Shown here piece after piece: positions 1 to 9,249 of a stretch of DNA of 64,000 nucleotides (positions are counted from its first letter, which is position 1; each line of letters opens with the position of its first letter). The stretch lies in IMG/VR virus record IMGVR_UViG_3300025137_005045; one strand, 5' to 3'. The notes beneath the pieces were generated by a model that saw only the letters and a list, made by a program, of their open reading frames with translations, was not told the DNA's origin and did not search any database. The position numbers were made by a program, and so were the translations under genes. Source of the stretch: a virus. Lineage: Duplodnaviria > Caudoviricetes.

Positions 1-2
1 GA

Positions 3-503
3 CAACAAAGACAATCAACTGTGCAACTTAGCTTGTGGATAACTTTAGAAGATGTCAATACTGGTGGAGAAAGAACTGTAAAACTTCAAGGTAATGAAGG
101 ACCTCAAATAGTTAATATTACCATACCTAGAGGTGTATTGGACAATACCCATGTTCGATATCCTGATTTGGGTCCTAGTGGTCAAGATCTGGTAGTAGTA
201 TTTCGTGTACGGGACCATCAGAAGTTTGTTAGAATTAAATCAATTGATCTTGCTTGTGAACAACAGGTTGATATATGGACGTTGTTATTAGGTGGCAACA
301 TCAAAGTTACTACATTATCAGGTGATATCAAGACTTTAAAAATACAACCCAAGACTGATTTTAATACTCAATTAAGATTAAAAGGTTATGGTATTCAAAA
401 TACTAGGCAAACCGGTGATCTTTATGTTAAAATTAAAGCTACAATGCCAGATAACATCTCAGATGATTTACTGGAAATATTAAGACAACATTTAAACAAA
501 TAA
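3..503 (+). CDS. dnaJ: DnaJ-class chaperone, C-terminal domain (5'-truncated by window edge)
   Basis: Frame is open from position 3. DnaJ_C-type motifs ITIPRG, GDLVVVFRV, TQLRLKGYGI and TGDLYVKIK; adjacent to a Clp ATPase. Confidence 0.8.
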   Translation, partial: QQRQSTVQLSLWITLEDVNTGGERTVKLQGNEGPQIVNITIPRGVLDNTHVRYPDLGPSGQDLVVVFRVRDHQKFVRIKSIDLACEQQVDIWTLLLGGNIKVTTLSGDIKTLKIQPKTDFNTQLRLKGYGIQNTRQTGDLYVKIKATMPDNISDDLLEILRQHLNK

Positions 504-534
504 GTACTAATAACAATAACGAATTAGGTGAACA

Positions 535-2844
535 ATGCAGAATAACCCAGAAATAGAACAAATCATTGATGACGCTGTTAAGAGTGCTCAACAGATGAAT
601 CATCAATACGTAACTGTTGAACATTTAAGTCTTGCACTAATAAGATTTGCCAGTTTCCGTAAGGTATTAATTACGTTTGGCATCAACTGTGCCCAACTTG
701 AAAAAGAGTTAGAGAGTTACGTTAACGGCATGGCACATCTGATTAAAATAAGTGACGACAAAGAAAAACCTGTTGTAAAACCAAAAAAAACTAACGCATT
801 AGAAAGAATATTTAATAGAGCAGGTACGCAGGTATTATTCTCAGGTAGACGTTTTGTTACAACACTTGATTTATATCTTGCTATTATGAGCGAAGGGCAA
901 AGTCATGCTCATTATTTCTTTTTAAAGTACGGAGTTAATCGTAAAGAATTTACTACACATTGGAATAGTTCATATCCCAAAGAGCGTGAAGTTAAACTCA
1001 GTGAAAAACAAGCCACAATGGTATTAGACGAACATTGTACTGACTTAACTAATCTTGCCAAAGAACAAAAATTAGAACCAATGATTGGTAGAACACAAGA
1101 ATTGGATGACATGGTTAACGTGTTAGCTAAAAAGTTTAAAGCTAATGTACTGTTGGTCGGAGACCCTGGTGTGGGTAAAACTGCAATTGTTGAAGGTCTA
1201 GCACAATTATTATCTAACAATGATGTTCCTAAATTTTTACATGATCATAAACTATATTCACTAGAGATAGGTAGCTTGCTAGCAGGTAGTAAGTATCGAG
1301 GTGAGTTTGAAGAAAAAGTTAAAGAAGTTCTTGATGCACTCAGTGCAAAAGGAAAATGTGTCCTATTCATTGATGAAGCACATCAAATGAAAGGCGCTGG
1401 AGCGGGAAGCGGTAGTTCAGTAGATTTTGCTAACATGATTAAACCAGCAATCACTAGCGGTAATCTAAAAGTTATAGCATCAACTACTTGGGAGGAATAC
1501 TACGAGTCGTTCGAAAAAGAACGTGCTCTAATGCGTAGATTCTTTAGAGTAACTGTAGACGAACCTGATAAAGCAAGTACTGAAAAAATACTTACTGGTG
1601 TAGCACGTCGACTTGAAGCATTTCATGAAGTTGAAATCAAAGATGATGCACTAGAAGCCGCAGTTGAAATGACTGCTAGGTATATGACAGATAAGAAAAA
1701 TCCAGATAAGTCAATTGACGTTGTTGATGCCGCCTGTGCTAGAGAACGTGCTCGTAACGAAACTGGAGCAATAATTGATAGAAATAAGGTTATGGTTGAA
1801 GTTTCAAAGTTAGCTAATGTTCCTGTTGATAGACTTAAAAATGAACAAAGCGAAAAAATTAAAAACTTAGAATCAAACATTAAAGATAAATTATACGGAC
1901 AAGAACATGTTATTACTGACGTGCTAGATCGTATATATGTTAGCTTTTCAGGTATTAAACAAGAAAATAGACCAGTAGCTAGTTTCTTATTCCTAGGACC
2001 AACTGGTACAGGTAAAACAGAAATGGCCAAACTATTAAGTGAGAATTTGGATATGAAGTTACTAAAATATGACATGAGTGAATATCAAGAACGTCATACA
2101 GTATCCAGTCTTATTGGTGCCCCTCCGGGATATGTTGGATTTGAAGATGGTAATGTGGGTGGTGGTAGACTAATATCAGATCTGACTAAAAATCCATTCT
2201 CAATTATATTATTTGATGAAATTGAAAAAGCACATCCAGATGTGTCAAACATATTACTTGCAATGATGGATGAAGGTATTGTTACTAGCTCTGCAGGTAA
2301 ATCAGTAGATATCAAAAATTGTATTATTATTTTAACATCAAACTTAGGTGCTAGGGAAAACGAAGCAAATAACATTGGCTTTGGTCAAGAGTTAGATAAA
2401 ATAGGAAGTGAAGATAAAGCTGTTAAAGACTTCTTCAAACCTGAGCTTAGAAATAGACTTGACATGATTTGTAAGTTTAAAAAACTAGATAATCTAGCTG
2501 TTAAGAAAATTGTAGTTAAATTTATCGATGAACTTAAACAGGGTCTTAAAGATAAGAATATTACCATTGGCACCACTGAAGAATTGATCGATCATCTGGT
2601 CAAAGTAGGTTATGATCCTAAAATGGGTGCAAGACCATTAAACAGAAAAATAGATCAACTTATACGTGTTCCTCTCAGTAAAAAAATATTGTTTGATAAT
2701 ATGCAATCCTGTGAACTTGTGTTAGATTGGAAAAACGAAAATCTAGATATCAAACAGGTAGGACAGAAACAGTTAGTGTCTCCTCAACCTAAAGTAACCG
2801 ACGACGGTTTTATAGTTCTTGATCAGTTCAAACCAAAGAACTAA
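535..2844 (+). CDS. clpA: ClpA-type Clp protease ATP-binding subunit
   Basis: Clp N-domain (HQYVTVEHL), two AAA+ modules (GDPGVGKT/LFIDEAH and GPTGTGKT/LFDEIEKAH), IGF ClpP-docking loop, C-terminal MGARPL; no ClpB middle domain. Confidence 0.92.
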   Translation: MQNNPEIEQIIDDAVKSAQQMNHQYVTVEHLSLALIRFASFRKVLITFGINCAQLEKELESYVNGMAHLIKISDDKEKPVVKPKKTNALERIFNRAGTQVLFSGRRFVTTLDLYLAIMSEGQSHAHYFFLKYGVNRKEFTTHWNSSYPKEREVKLSEKQATMVLDEHCTDLTNLAKEQKLEPMIGRTQELDDMVNVLAKKFKANVLLVGDPGVGKTAIVEGLAQLLSNNDVPKFLHDHKLYSLEIGSLLAGSKYRGEFEEKVKEVLDALSAKGKCVLFIDEAHQMKGAGAGSGSSVDFANMIKPAITSGNLKVIASTTWEEYYESFEKERALMRRFFRVTVDEPDKASTEKILTGVARRLEAFHEVEIKDDALEAAVEMTARYMTDKKNPDKSIDVVDAACARERARNETGAIIDRNKVMVEVSKLANVPVDRLKNEQSEKIKNLESNIKDKLYGQEHVITDVLDRIYVSFSGIKQENRPVASFLFLGPTGTGKTEMAKLLSENLDMKLLKYDMSEYQERHTVSSLIGAPPGYVGFEDGNVGGGRLISDLTKNPFSIILFDEIEKAHPDVSNILLAMMDEGIVTSSAGKSVDIKNCIIILTSNLGARENEANNIGFGQELDKIGSEDKAVKDFFKPELRNRLDMICKFKKLDNLAVKKIVVKFIDELKQGLKDKNITIGTTEELIDHLVKVGYDPKMGARPLNRKIDQLIRVPLSKKILFDNMQSCELVLDWKNENLDIKQVGQKQLVSPQPKVTDDGFIVLDQFKPKN

Positions 2845-3523
2845 ACACTCAGATCGATTGTACTACGATCAGTATCGTTACTGTTTCCGGGTAATACTTC
2901 CTCACATCGAAACAATAGGACAGAAGTTGGATCACGATCATATCAATCAAATAGTTGTACTAAAAGAAAATATGGAGTTCTTTGCCCGTAAAATTAATTT
3001 TGGCGGATCTTGGAGAGAAAGAGACGATAAAATTTCTCAACATGATGTAGACAATCTTCATATCTTATGCGACTTCTTTATTGACAATCAGCAACTAATT
3101 AAATTACAATTCTCAAGAAGTAAATGTTTTATCTACACAAATAGACTAGAGTTAAGCGAACAACTAGATCAATTAGGAATATTTGAAGAAGTTAGAGTTA
3201 ATGAAATAATATTGGCTCGGCCAAAGAACACAGTAAAATCAAGATATCCTGGATATAAATTGCGTATATATTTTAAACCTATTAGTATTACTGAAATGGA
3301 CAGATGGAATATTCTAAAATTCATTGACAATAATGATCACGCTATTAAAATGAATATTGGAATGGAAAGATTTCATGGTGGAGGACAGTCAGGAGGTAGA
3401 CATCTGACATTACGTGATTACTATTTTATTGACTTTAAAGACGAAAGACTAGCCAGTGTGTTAGAATTAACATGTCCTGGAGTAATTAGAAAGACCATGG
3501 ATATTATCTACGACGATAAATAA
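2819..3523 (+). CDS. hypothetical protein
   Basis: 234-aa ORF overlapping the clpA end; no recognised motif. Confidence 0.65.
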   Translation: MISSNQRTKHSDRLYYDQYRYCFRVILPHIETIGQKLDHDHINQIVVLKENMEFFARKINFGGSWRERDDKISQHDVDNLHILCDFFIDNQQLIKLQFSRSKCFIYTNRLELSEQLDQLGIFEEVRVNEIILARPKNTVKSRYPGYKLRIYFKPISITEMDRWNILKFIDNNDHAIKMNIGMERFHGGGQSGGRHLTLRDYYFIDFKDERLASVLELTCPGVIRKTMDIIYDDK

Positions 3524-3527
3524 TAGC

Positions 3528-3692
3528 ATGGCAAAAATAAACTCAACAAATTTAGTTATTTCATTAAGTAAATTGGTCAAGGACACTGATCCTATTGAAC
3601 CAGTATTAAACGACGAAACCCGATCACAGTTAGAAGTAATACTAACTGAACTTGCCGGTGCAGGCGTTCTTGTAGAAATACAGGAGGCTTAA
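3528..3692 (+). CDS. small hypothetical protein (54 aa, MAKINSTNLVISLSKLVKD...)
   Basis: Read by hand: ATG 3528 to TAA 3692 fills the gap exactly, overlaps the next start (TAATG) and is preceded by TAAATA-N5. Confidence 0.7.
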   Translation: MAKINSTNLVISLSKLVKDTDPIEPVLNDETRSQLEVILTELAGAGVLVEIQEA

Positions 3693-4075
3693 TGAAAACT
3701 TCTAGCTTACAATTATTACCGTTTACAGATTTTGGTGCGGCAAGTGGAAACTATAATGGCACTAGTTCTAGTTTTAGTGGAACAGAAGTAAAGGCCGCGG
3801 CTTATTCAAGTAGTATCGGTGACAATCAAACCGTTGGTATATTTACTGAAGACTTTATTGGTACTATGACTATTGAAGCTACTTTAGATACAACAGTTGC
3901 AGATTCAAGTTGGTTTACTGTACATACCTTTAGCGGTGACGGTTCATCAGCAAATGACTCAACATTAAGATTTTTTAATACTTCCCAAAACATCACAGGA
4001 CGTTTTACCTGGATGCGAGTAACAATCACAGGTTTCACTCAAGGTACAATTCATAAAGTAACACTCAGCTATTAG
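3692..4075 (+). CDS. hypothetical protein, possibly virion structural (beta-rich)
   Basis: S/T/G/F-rich 127-aa ORF in a late (TAAATA) operon; RBS ggagg. Confidence 0.6.
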   Translation: MKTSSLQLLPFTDFGAASGNYNGTSSSFSGTEVKAAAYSSSIGDNQTVGIFTEDFIGTMTIEATLDTTVADSSWFTVHTFSGDGSSANDSTLRFFNTSQNITGRFTWMRVTITGFTQGTIHKVTLSY

Positions 4076-4515
4076 TGGAAACAGTAAACATTAAATTTAC
4101 CTTAGAACCTGAATGGTTCAACAATGCTCCCAAAATAAAAGTAGCTGTCGACAATCAAGTTTTATTAGATACTCAAATCGAAAATAAGTTAGATTTTGAA
4201 CAGACTGTTGACTTAGAAGATAACAGCAATCATCAGTTAACCTTTACATTGTATAATAAAAGCAAATACGACACTGTAATTAAAGATGATGTTATACAAA
4301 AAGATACTCTAATTAAAATATCAAATATAGAATTAGAAGAAATTGATCTTATGTCAATACTATCCTTAAAAAAAGACTTATTTTATTACGAACACAACAA
4401 TAATGGTAGCACAGAATTAGAAAGATATACATTATACGATACTTTAGGATGTAACGGAACTGCTACCATTAATTTCTCAACTCCATGTTACGTATGGCTG
4501 TTAGAAAATTTATAG
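4075..4515 (+). CDS. hypothetical protein
   Basis: 146-aa ORF, GTG start coupled to the upstream stop. Confidence 0.6.
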   Translation: METVNIKFTLEPEWFNNAPKIKVAVDNQVLLDTQIENKLDFEQTVDLEDNSNHQLTFTLYNKSKYDTVIKDDVIQKDTLIKISNIELEEIDLMSILSLKKDLFYYEHNNNGSTELERYTLYDTLGCNGTATINFSTPCYVWLLENL

Positions 4516-4541
4516 AATTAACTATATAGATAAATAGTTGT

Positions 4542-5537
4542 ATGAAAACAATTGCAATATACGCAGGTAGGTTCCACCCGTTCCATAAAGGACATAAGGC
4601 CAGTTACGACTTTTTAACTAAGCAGTTTGGCACAGACAATGTTTACGTTGCTACATCGAACGCACAGGCACCTTTAACCAGTCCATTTAGCTTTGAAGAA
4701 AAGAAAAAAATGGCTGAACTGACCGGCATACCAGCAGACAAGGTTGTAATGGTTAAGAATCCATATCAAGCTAAAGAAATTACCAGTAAACTTAAACCTG
4801 AGGATACTAATTTAGTATTTGCATTGAGTGAAAAAGATATAGATAGATTTACATTCACTAAGAAAGATGGCACTCCGGGTTATATACAACCATATCCAAA
4901 GAATGATGCACATCTTGCTCCAATGGACAAACATGCTTACGCTTTTTTAACACCAACAATTAAATTTAAAGTAGCAGGTAAAGATGCTGATTCAGCAAGT
5001 GCCATACGTAAGGCATACATTGATGCCGATAAACAAGGCCGTAAGAAAATTGTAGCTGACCTTTACGGAACAGTAAATAAAGACATAGAAGTAATATTTG
5101 ATAAAAAATTAAGTATTACAGAAGAACTATCAAAAATTATGACAATGCTCAAAGAAGGTACTGTAGATAAGCATGATAAGAACATGCGTAAGATACAAGT
5201 AGCACTTGAGATGGAGAGAGAAGTGAAAGCAATCGAAGAAGCAGATTTAACACATGCCAAAGTAATTAATACATCTAAAGGCCATAGGATTGTTCCAAGT
5301 GGCGGAATTGGATCCTGGGATTTTGATGGCTTAAGAAAATCAGTTGTTTCTCAACTTGATCAAATGAATACCATGGTCAAGAGTGGTAATCTTGCATCAG
5401 CTTACTATACTTTGTATCAAAACGGTGCCTTAGAGAAAAAACTACAAGCACTTGAGTTGTATCAGCAATGGCTAGACGCACATGGCGATAAACCTTTACC
5501 GCTAGATCAAGAAATAGATCTTATTCCTGAAAAATAA
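4542..5537 (+). CDS. HIGH-family nucleotidyltransferase (NadM/NMNAT-like) with C-terminal extension
   Basis: GRFHPFHKGH (HxGH) motif at the N-terminus and SASAIRKA (SxS/TxIR-like) motif. Confidence 0.75.
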   Translation: MKTIAIYAGRFHPFHKGHKASYDFLTKQFGTDNVYVATSNAQAPLTSPFSFEEKKKMAELTGIPADKVVMVKNPYQAKEITSKLKPEDTNLVFALSEKDIDRFTFTKKDGTPGYIQPYPKNDAHLAPMDKHAYAFLTPTIKFKVAGKDADSASAIRKAYIDADKQGRKKIVADLYGTVNKDIEVIFDKKLSITEELSKIMTMLKEGTVDKHDKNMRKIQVALEMEREVKAIEEADLTHAKVINTSKGHRIVPSGGIGSWDFDGLRKSVVSQLDQMNTMVKSGNLASAYYTLYQNGALEKKLQALELYQQWLDAHGDKPLPLDQEIDLIPEK

Positions 5538-5549
5538 TTTCCACCTGGC

Positions 5550-5578
5550 TTGACAAAGCTATTAAATATCCGTATAAT
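5550..5578 (+). promoter_or_regulatory. sigma70-type promoter with nested TAAATA late motif
   Basis: TTGACA(5550)-N17-TATAAT(5573), a perfect consensus; TAAATA at 5563-5568. Confidence 0.8.
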
Positions 5579-5607
5579 ATAATAAACAATTTAACTTAGG
5601 ATATATA

Positions 5608-6453
5608 ATGGCCGACGCTCCAAAAGAAATAAGAATAAATTCACCAATACCAATGTCAATAAACTTAGCTGACCTTAAAAAAAGAGTCTTGCACTTTGCT
5701 ATACCTTGTTATGGAGGTATGATCACAGAGTCTACCATGATGAGTATGATTAAATGGGCCAACCAGGCAAAAGACCTAGGACTAAGTTGGACAGTAGAAA
5801 CATTGGTTAACGAAAGTCTTATTACACGTGGACGTAATACACTTGTTGCAAAATTTTTAGAGAATTCAGACACAACTGATTTATTTTTTGTAGACAGCGA
5901 TATTGGATTTGAACCTTGGCATGTAATAGCTCTTATGGCTATGGACAAGGATGTAGCATGTGGATTATATCCTATGAAAACTGTTCCCGTGCAATGGGTA
6001 GTTAACAATGTTCTAGGTACCAAGGCTGAAAATGATGGTAATTGGATGGAGGTTACCAAATCAGGCACAGGATTTATGATGATTAAAAAACATGTATTTG
6101 AAAAACTTAAAGATCATCCAGCAGTAAAACCATTTACAAACGATATTGGACTACCTAAAGAATTAGATCCTCATATGCGTACTTACTTCGACACTGCTGT
6201 TAGAGAAGGACGTTACTATTCAGAAGATTGGACATTCTGTGAAAACTGGAGAGATATAGGTGGAGAAATATGGATTGACCGTCGCGTACATCTCAGACAT
6301 TCAGGTTCATTTGTATTTTGTGCTGAAGCAGATGATGCTATTAAACAACAAATGAAAGACCATGTGCCAACAATGAAGCTAGAGCAAATACCTGAAAAAC
6401 CTAAAACAGCAAAAGTTTTAGCTAAATCAAAGTCCAAGTCTAAAAAGAAGTAA
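5608..6453 (+). CDS. GT-A fold glycosyltransferase-like protein
   Basis: ESLITRGRN, LFFVDSDIGF (DxD), GTGFMMIK and YYSEDWTFC motifs. Confidence 0.7.
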   Translation: MADAPKEIRINSPIPMSINLADLKKRVLHFAIPCYGGMITESTMMSMIKWANQAKDLGLSWTVETLVNESLITRGRNTLVAKFLENSDTTDLFFVDSDIGFEPWHVIALMAMDKDVACGLYPMKTVPVQWVVNNVLGTKAENDGNWMEVTKSGTGFMMIKKHVFEKLKDHPAVKPFTNDIGLPKELDPHMRTYFDTAVREGRYYSEDWTFCENWRDIGGEIWIDRRVHLRHSGSFVFCAEADDAIKQQMKDHVPTMKLEQIPEKPKTAKVLAKSKSKSKKK

Positions 6454-6485
6454 TGATAAATACTAGCCTACATTAAGGAATACTT

Positions 6486-7283
6486 ATGAAAGCTAGTGAA
6501 TTTATTACAGACGCCGGTGTTGGCATTATTACAAAACAAAATACGACTGCTGACGTCAAGCCTGGCGAAACAAAAAGACAAGCCAAGAAATTAGGGATGA
6601 CGTTGGACAAGAAGAACCGTCCGCCCTTACTGCATAAAAAAGCAGTTAAGAACTCTTCACCCAATACCCTTTTTAATCTTGGCCTCAGTGAAAGTAATGC
6701 CGACGATCTTATGGCCTATGCCGACAAAATGGATCCGACGGACATAGACTATAAAAAATTTATCCGTGCCGCAAAGATAGCTAGAACAGGCAAAAAGATA
6801 CACATGGATAACTTTTTAAACACAATAGATACAGACCCTAGAGATAAAATTATTAGTATGCTAGGTGAAACCAAAGAAGCACCCAAGGGAACTTACTTCA
6901 CCAAGACAGGTAATTTGGTCAAGGGCAAACTGACCAAGGATGCCAAGACCAAGGGTGCCAGAGAAACTGACCCCAAGGACAAGATAAGAAAAAAAGTACC
7001 CAAGGTCACACAGTACAATGAGGAAGAAGACAAAGAATTTGAAACGGATCTAAAACTGCCCAATGGTAAGAAGATGGTGCTACAGGCAGATGACCCAAAA
7101 TATGTCAGAGGCATAGTGGTCAGGAGCAACAAGGATGGATCCTACGATTCATACTATTGGATTGATCATCCTGACAATGTTATGGCTATTGAAATCAAGT
7201 TGGATGATGAGAGTGTAAAGAAAGATGCCAAGATGATACATTGGGCATATCACCCTGAACTGGAAGAGCATAGGGTAAAATGA
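6486..7283 (+). CDS. modular hypothetical protein, putative internal head protein
   Basis: N-terminus MKASEFITD resembles the T4 capsid-targeting sequence; short Lys-rich modules separated by Glu; TAAATA upstream at 6457. Confidence 0.6.
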   Translation: MKASEFITDAGVGIITKQNTTADVKPGETKRQAKKLGMTLDKKNRPPLLHKKAVKNSSPNTLFNLGLSESNADDLMAYADKMDPTDIDYKKFIRAAKIARTGKKIHMDNFLNTIDTDPRDKIISMLGETKEAPKGTYFTKTGNLVKGKLTKDAKTKGARETDPKDKIRKKVPKVTQYNEEEDKEFETDLKLPNGKKMVLQADDPKYVRGIVVRSNKDGSYDSYYWIDHPDNVMAIEIKLDDESVKKDAKMIHWAYHPELEEHRVK

Positions 7284-8101
7284 GAGCAACTGACTTTACA
7301 AAAAAAGCCACGGAGCGATCTAAAATTTATCTAGATATGGATGGTGTACTTGCTGATTTCTTTTCTGAATATGCTAAATTGGCTAATGTTAAATCATATA
7401 GAGATATCCCCCCAGCTAAGGTAGATCCAATACTTAACTCTATTGCTGGCACAAATTTCTTTGCTAAGTTACCTAAGTTTCCAACAACAGACAAACTAGT
7501 TAACCTTGCTGTATCACATGCAGGTAGTTACAGTATTTGTTCAAGTCCTTTACGTAATGATTATAATAATTCAGAGTACTGGAAAAAGATTTGGATTAAA
7601 GCTAAACTAACACCACAACCAAGCACTGTAAAAATAACATCAAACAAATCTTACTACGCAGTATCAGACGGCACACCTAATATTTTAATCGACGACAAAG
7701 GTTCAAACATTATAGGATGGAGAGAAGCAGGTGGTATTGGCATTAAGTATCAAGCAGATGAAGATAGTTTAGAAGTTGTCAAGCAAGCATTAGAACTAAT
7801 ATTCTGTGATGTCAAGGATACATGTGACACGGATGAGGTAGAAGAAGACTGGTCAGAAAAATATAAAAAATCTATAGATTGTAATAGTCCAAAAGGATTT
7901 AGTCAGAAGGCACATTGTGCTGGTAAAAAGAAAAAAGCAAACGAAAACTTTGCGGATGGCAAAAAGCCTGGACGCAAAGGTTTAGCAAAACGTATGGGTG
8001 TTGACTGTAGTAAGTCAAAAACAGCATTACGTAAAATTGCCAAAAATAGCACAGGTGAGAAACAACGTATGGCCCATTTCTGTGCTAACATGAAGAAGTA
8101 G
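7280..8101 (+). CDS. HAD-family 5'(3')-deoxyribonucleotidase-like protein with basic Cys-containing C-terminal modules
   Basis: YLDMDGVLADF (DxD) and NILIDD motifs; tail modules WSEKYKKSIDCNSPKGFSQKAHCAG and NFADGKKPGRKG. Confidence 0.8.
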   Translation: MRATDFTKKATERSKIYLDMDGVLADFFSEYAKLANVKSYRDIPPAKVDPILNSIAGTNFFAKLPKFPTTDKLVNLAVSHAGSYSICSSPLRNDYNNSEYWKKIWIKAKLTPQPSTVKITSNKSYYAVSDGTPNILIDDKGSNIIGWREAGGIGIKYQADEDSLEVVKQALELIFCDVKDTCDTDEVEEDWSEKYKKSIDCNSPKGFSQKAHCAGKKKKANENFADGKKPGRKGLAKRMGVDCSKSKTALRKIAKNSTGEKQRMAHFCANMKK

Positions 8102-8109
8102 TATAAGAG

Positions 8110-8405
8110 ACAAAAAGGATCGTACACGATGAAAGTTAACGAAATTATAGTAGAAAAGAAAGAGTCCTTAGAAGAATTAGATTCTTTAATGGGAGTCAAA
8201 GATCCTGTGATATCAATTTATGATACCAAGGGTAAGTATCTTGACAGACTTAAGATGAGTATTGCGGCTAAGAAATATAAGTTTGATATGAAAACTATCA
8301 GACCACAGTTTCAAAATCAAGACAGAGTCGATCATGGCGAATACACATTAATGGCACCAGTTGCTGGTCAACCATCATAACAAAAAGGATCGTACACAAT
8401 GAAAG
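8110..8405 (+). repeat. 26-nt direct repeat (8110-8135 and 8380-8405) containing RBS and start codon
   Basis: acaaaaaggatcgtacac[g/a]atgaaag occurs twice, 270 nt apart, with one mismatch. Confidence 0.9.
8129..8380 (+). CDS. hypothetical protein with capsid-targeting-like N-terminus
   Basis: Starts MKVNEIIVE; 83 aa; bracketed by the 26-nt repeat. Confidence 0.7.
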   Translation: MKVNEIIVEKKESLEELDSLMGVKDPVISIYDTKGKYLDRLKMSIAAKKYKFDMKTIRPQFQNQDRVDHGEYTLMAPVAGQPS

Positions 8406-8944
8406 CAATTGATATTTTAACGGAAGTTAAAAAGGAACAATCACTGACACTCGAAAAATTACCCTATGGTACCGACGAATTATCTCCTGTACTGTCTAAG
8501 GAAAACGTGGAATATCATTATAATATATTGTCAAAAGGTTATGTTGATCGATATAACAACAACGAAGGCGATCCTGATTTTAATTATGGAGGAGCAAAGT
8601 TGCACAATCTGTGGTGGACACAATTGCGTAAACCGAGTGGAGCAAACTTACCAGTAGGACCTATAAAAGAATTTATTAATACCAACTTCAAAGATTATGA
8701 TAATTTTAAAGATGAAGTGTTATCAGCAGGACTGAAATTACAGGGTTCGGGTTGGATTTACCTTTCAAAAAAGGGAGAAGTAAAAACTACGCCAAATCAA
8801 TCTTATAAAACAGAGATAATGATGCCAATAGACATGTGGGAACATTCATATTCGGATTATGTTCCTGATAAAAGTGCTAAGAAAAAATACATAGAAAATG
8901 TAATGAAAATAATTAATTGGGATATTGTCAATCAGAGACTTTAA
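8399..8944 (+). CDS. sod: Fe/Mn superoxide dismutase
   Basis: LEKLPY, YH...GYV, LHNLWW, GSGWIYL and DMWEHSY; all four metal ligands are present. Confidence 0.9.
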   Translation: MKAIDILTEVKKEQSLTLEKLPYGTDELSPVLSKENVEYHYNILSKGYVDRYNNNEGDPDFNYGGAKLHNLWWTQLRKPSGANLPVGPIKEFINTNFKDYDNFKDEVLSAGLKLQGSGWIYLSKKGEVKTTPNQSYKTEIMMPIDMWEHSYSDYVPDKSAKKKYIENVMKIINWDIVNQRL

Positions 8945-8946
8945 AT

Positions 8947-9249
8947 ATGAGAGCAATCGATCTGACAGCAACACAAGGAAAAGAGCCACCTCAGGTCAGA
9001 CCTGGGCAGTATCCTGGTGAATATCTTGACCTGTCAGTTAAAGACCTAGTACCTGTACAAAAGGTTAGACACGTACATAAAACTATTAAAGCAAACAAAA
9101 AAGTTAAACAGGGAGACTATACTCCTATTGTCATTGATCGAGATAATCGTATTGTAAATGGACATCATAGATATGATGCTCTTAAAAATGCGGGTCATCA
9201 TCAAGCAAAAGTATATAAGTTAGAAAAGGATATAGAAGAGATAGTATGA
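8947..9249 (+). CDS. ParB/sulfiredoxin-like nuclease domain protein
   Basis: PIVIDRDNRIVNGHHRYDA motif; ATG 8947 is preferred over the track start 8917. Confidence 0.75.
   Translation: MRAIDLTATQGKEPPQVRPGQYPGEYLDLSVKDLVPVQKVRHVHKTIKANKKVKQGDYTPIVIDRDNRIVNGHHRYDALKNAGHHQAKVYKLEKDIEEIV

Noticed and set aside
912-2576. Several minus-strand ORFs of 60-150 aa opposite clpA, and similar ones elsewhere in the track
   Set aside because: They are fully nested antisense to well-supported genes, with S/L/I-rich shadow composition.
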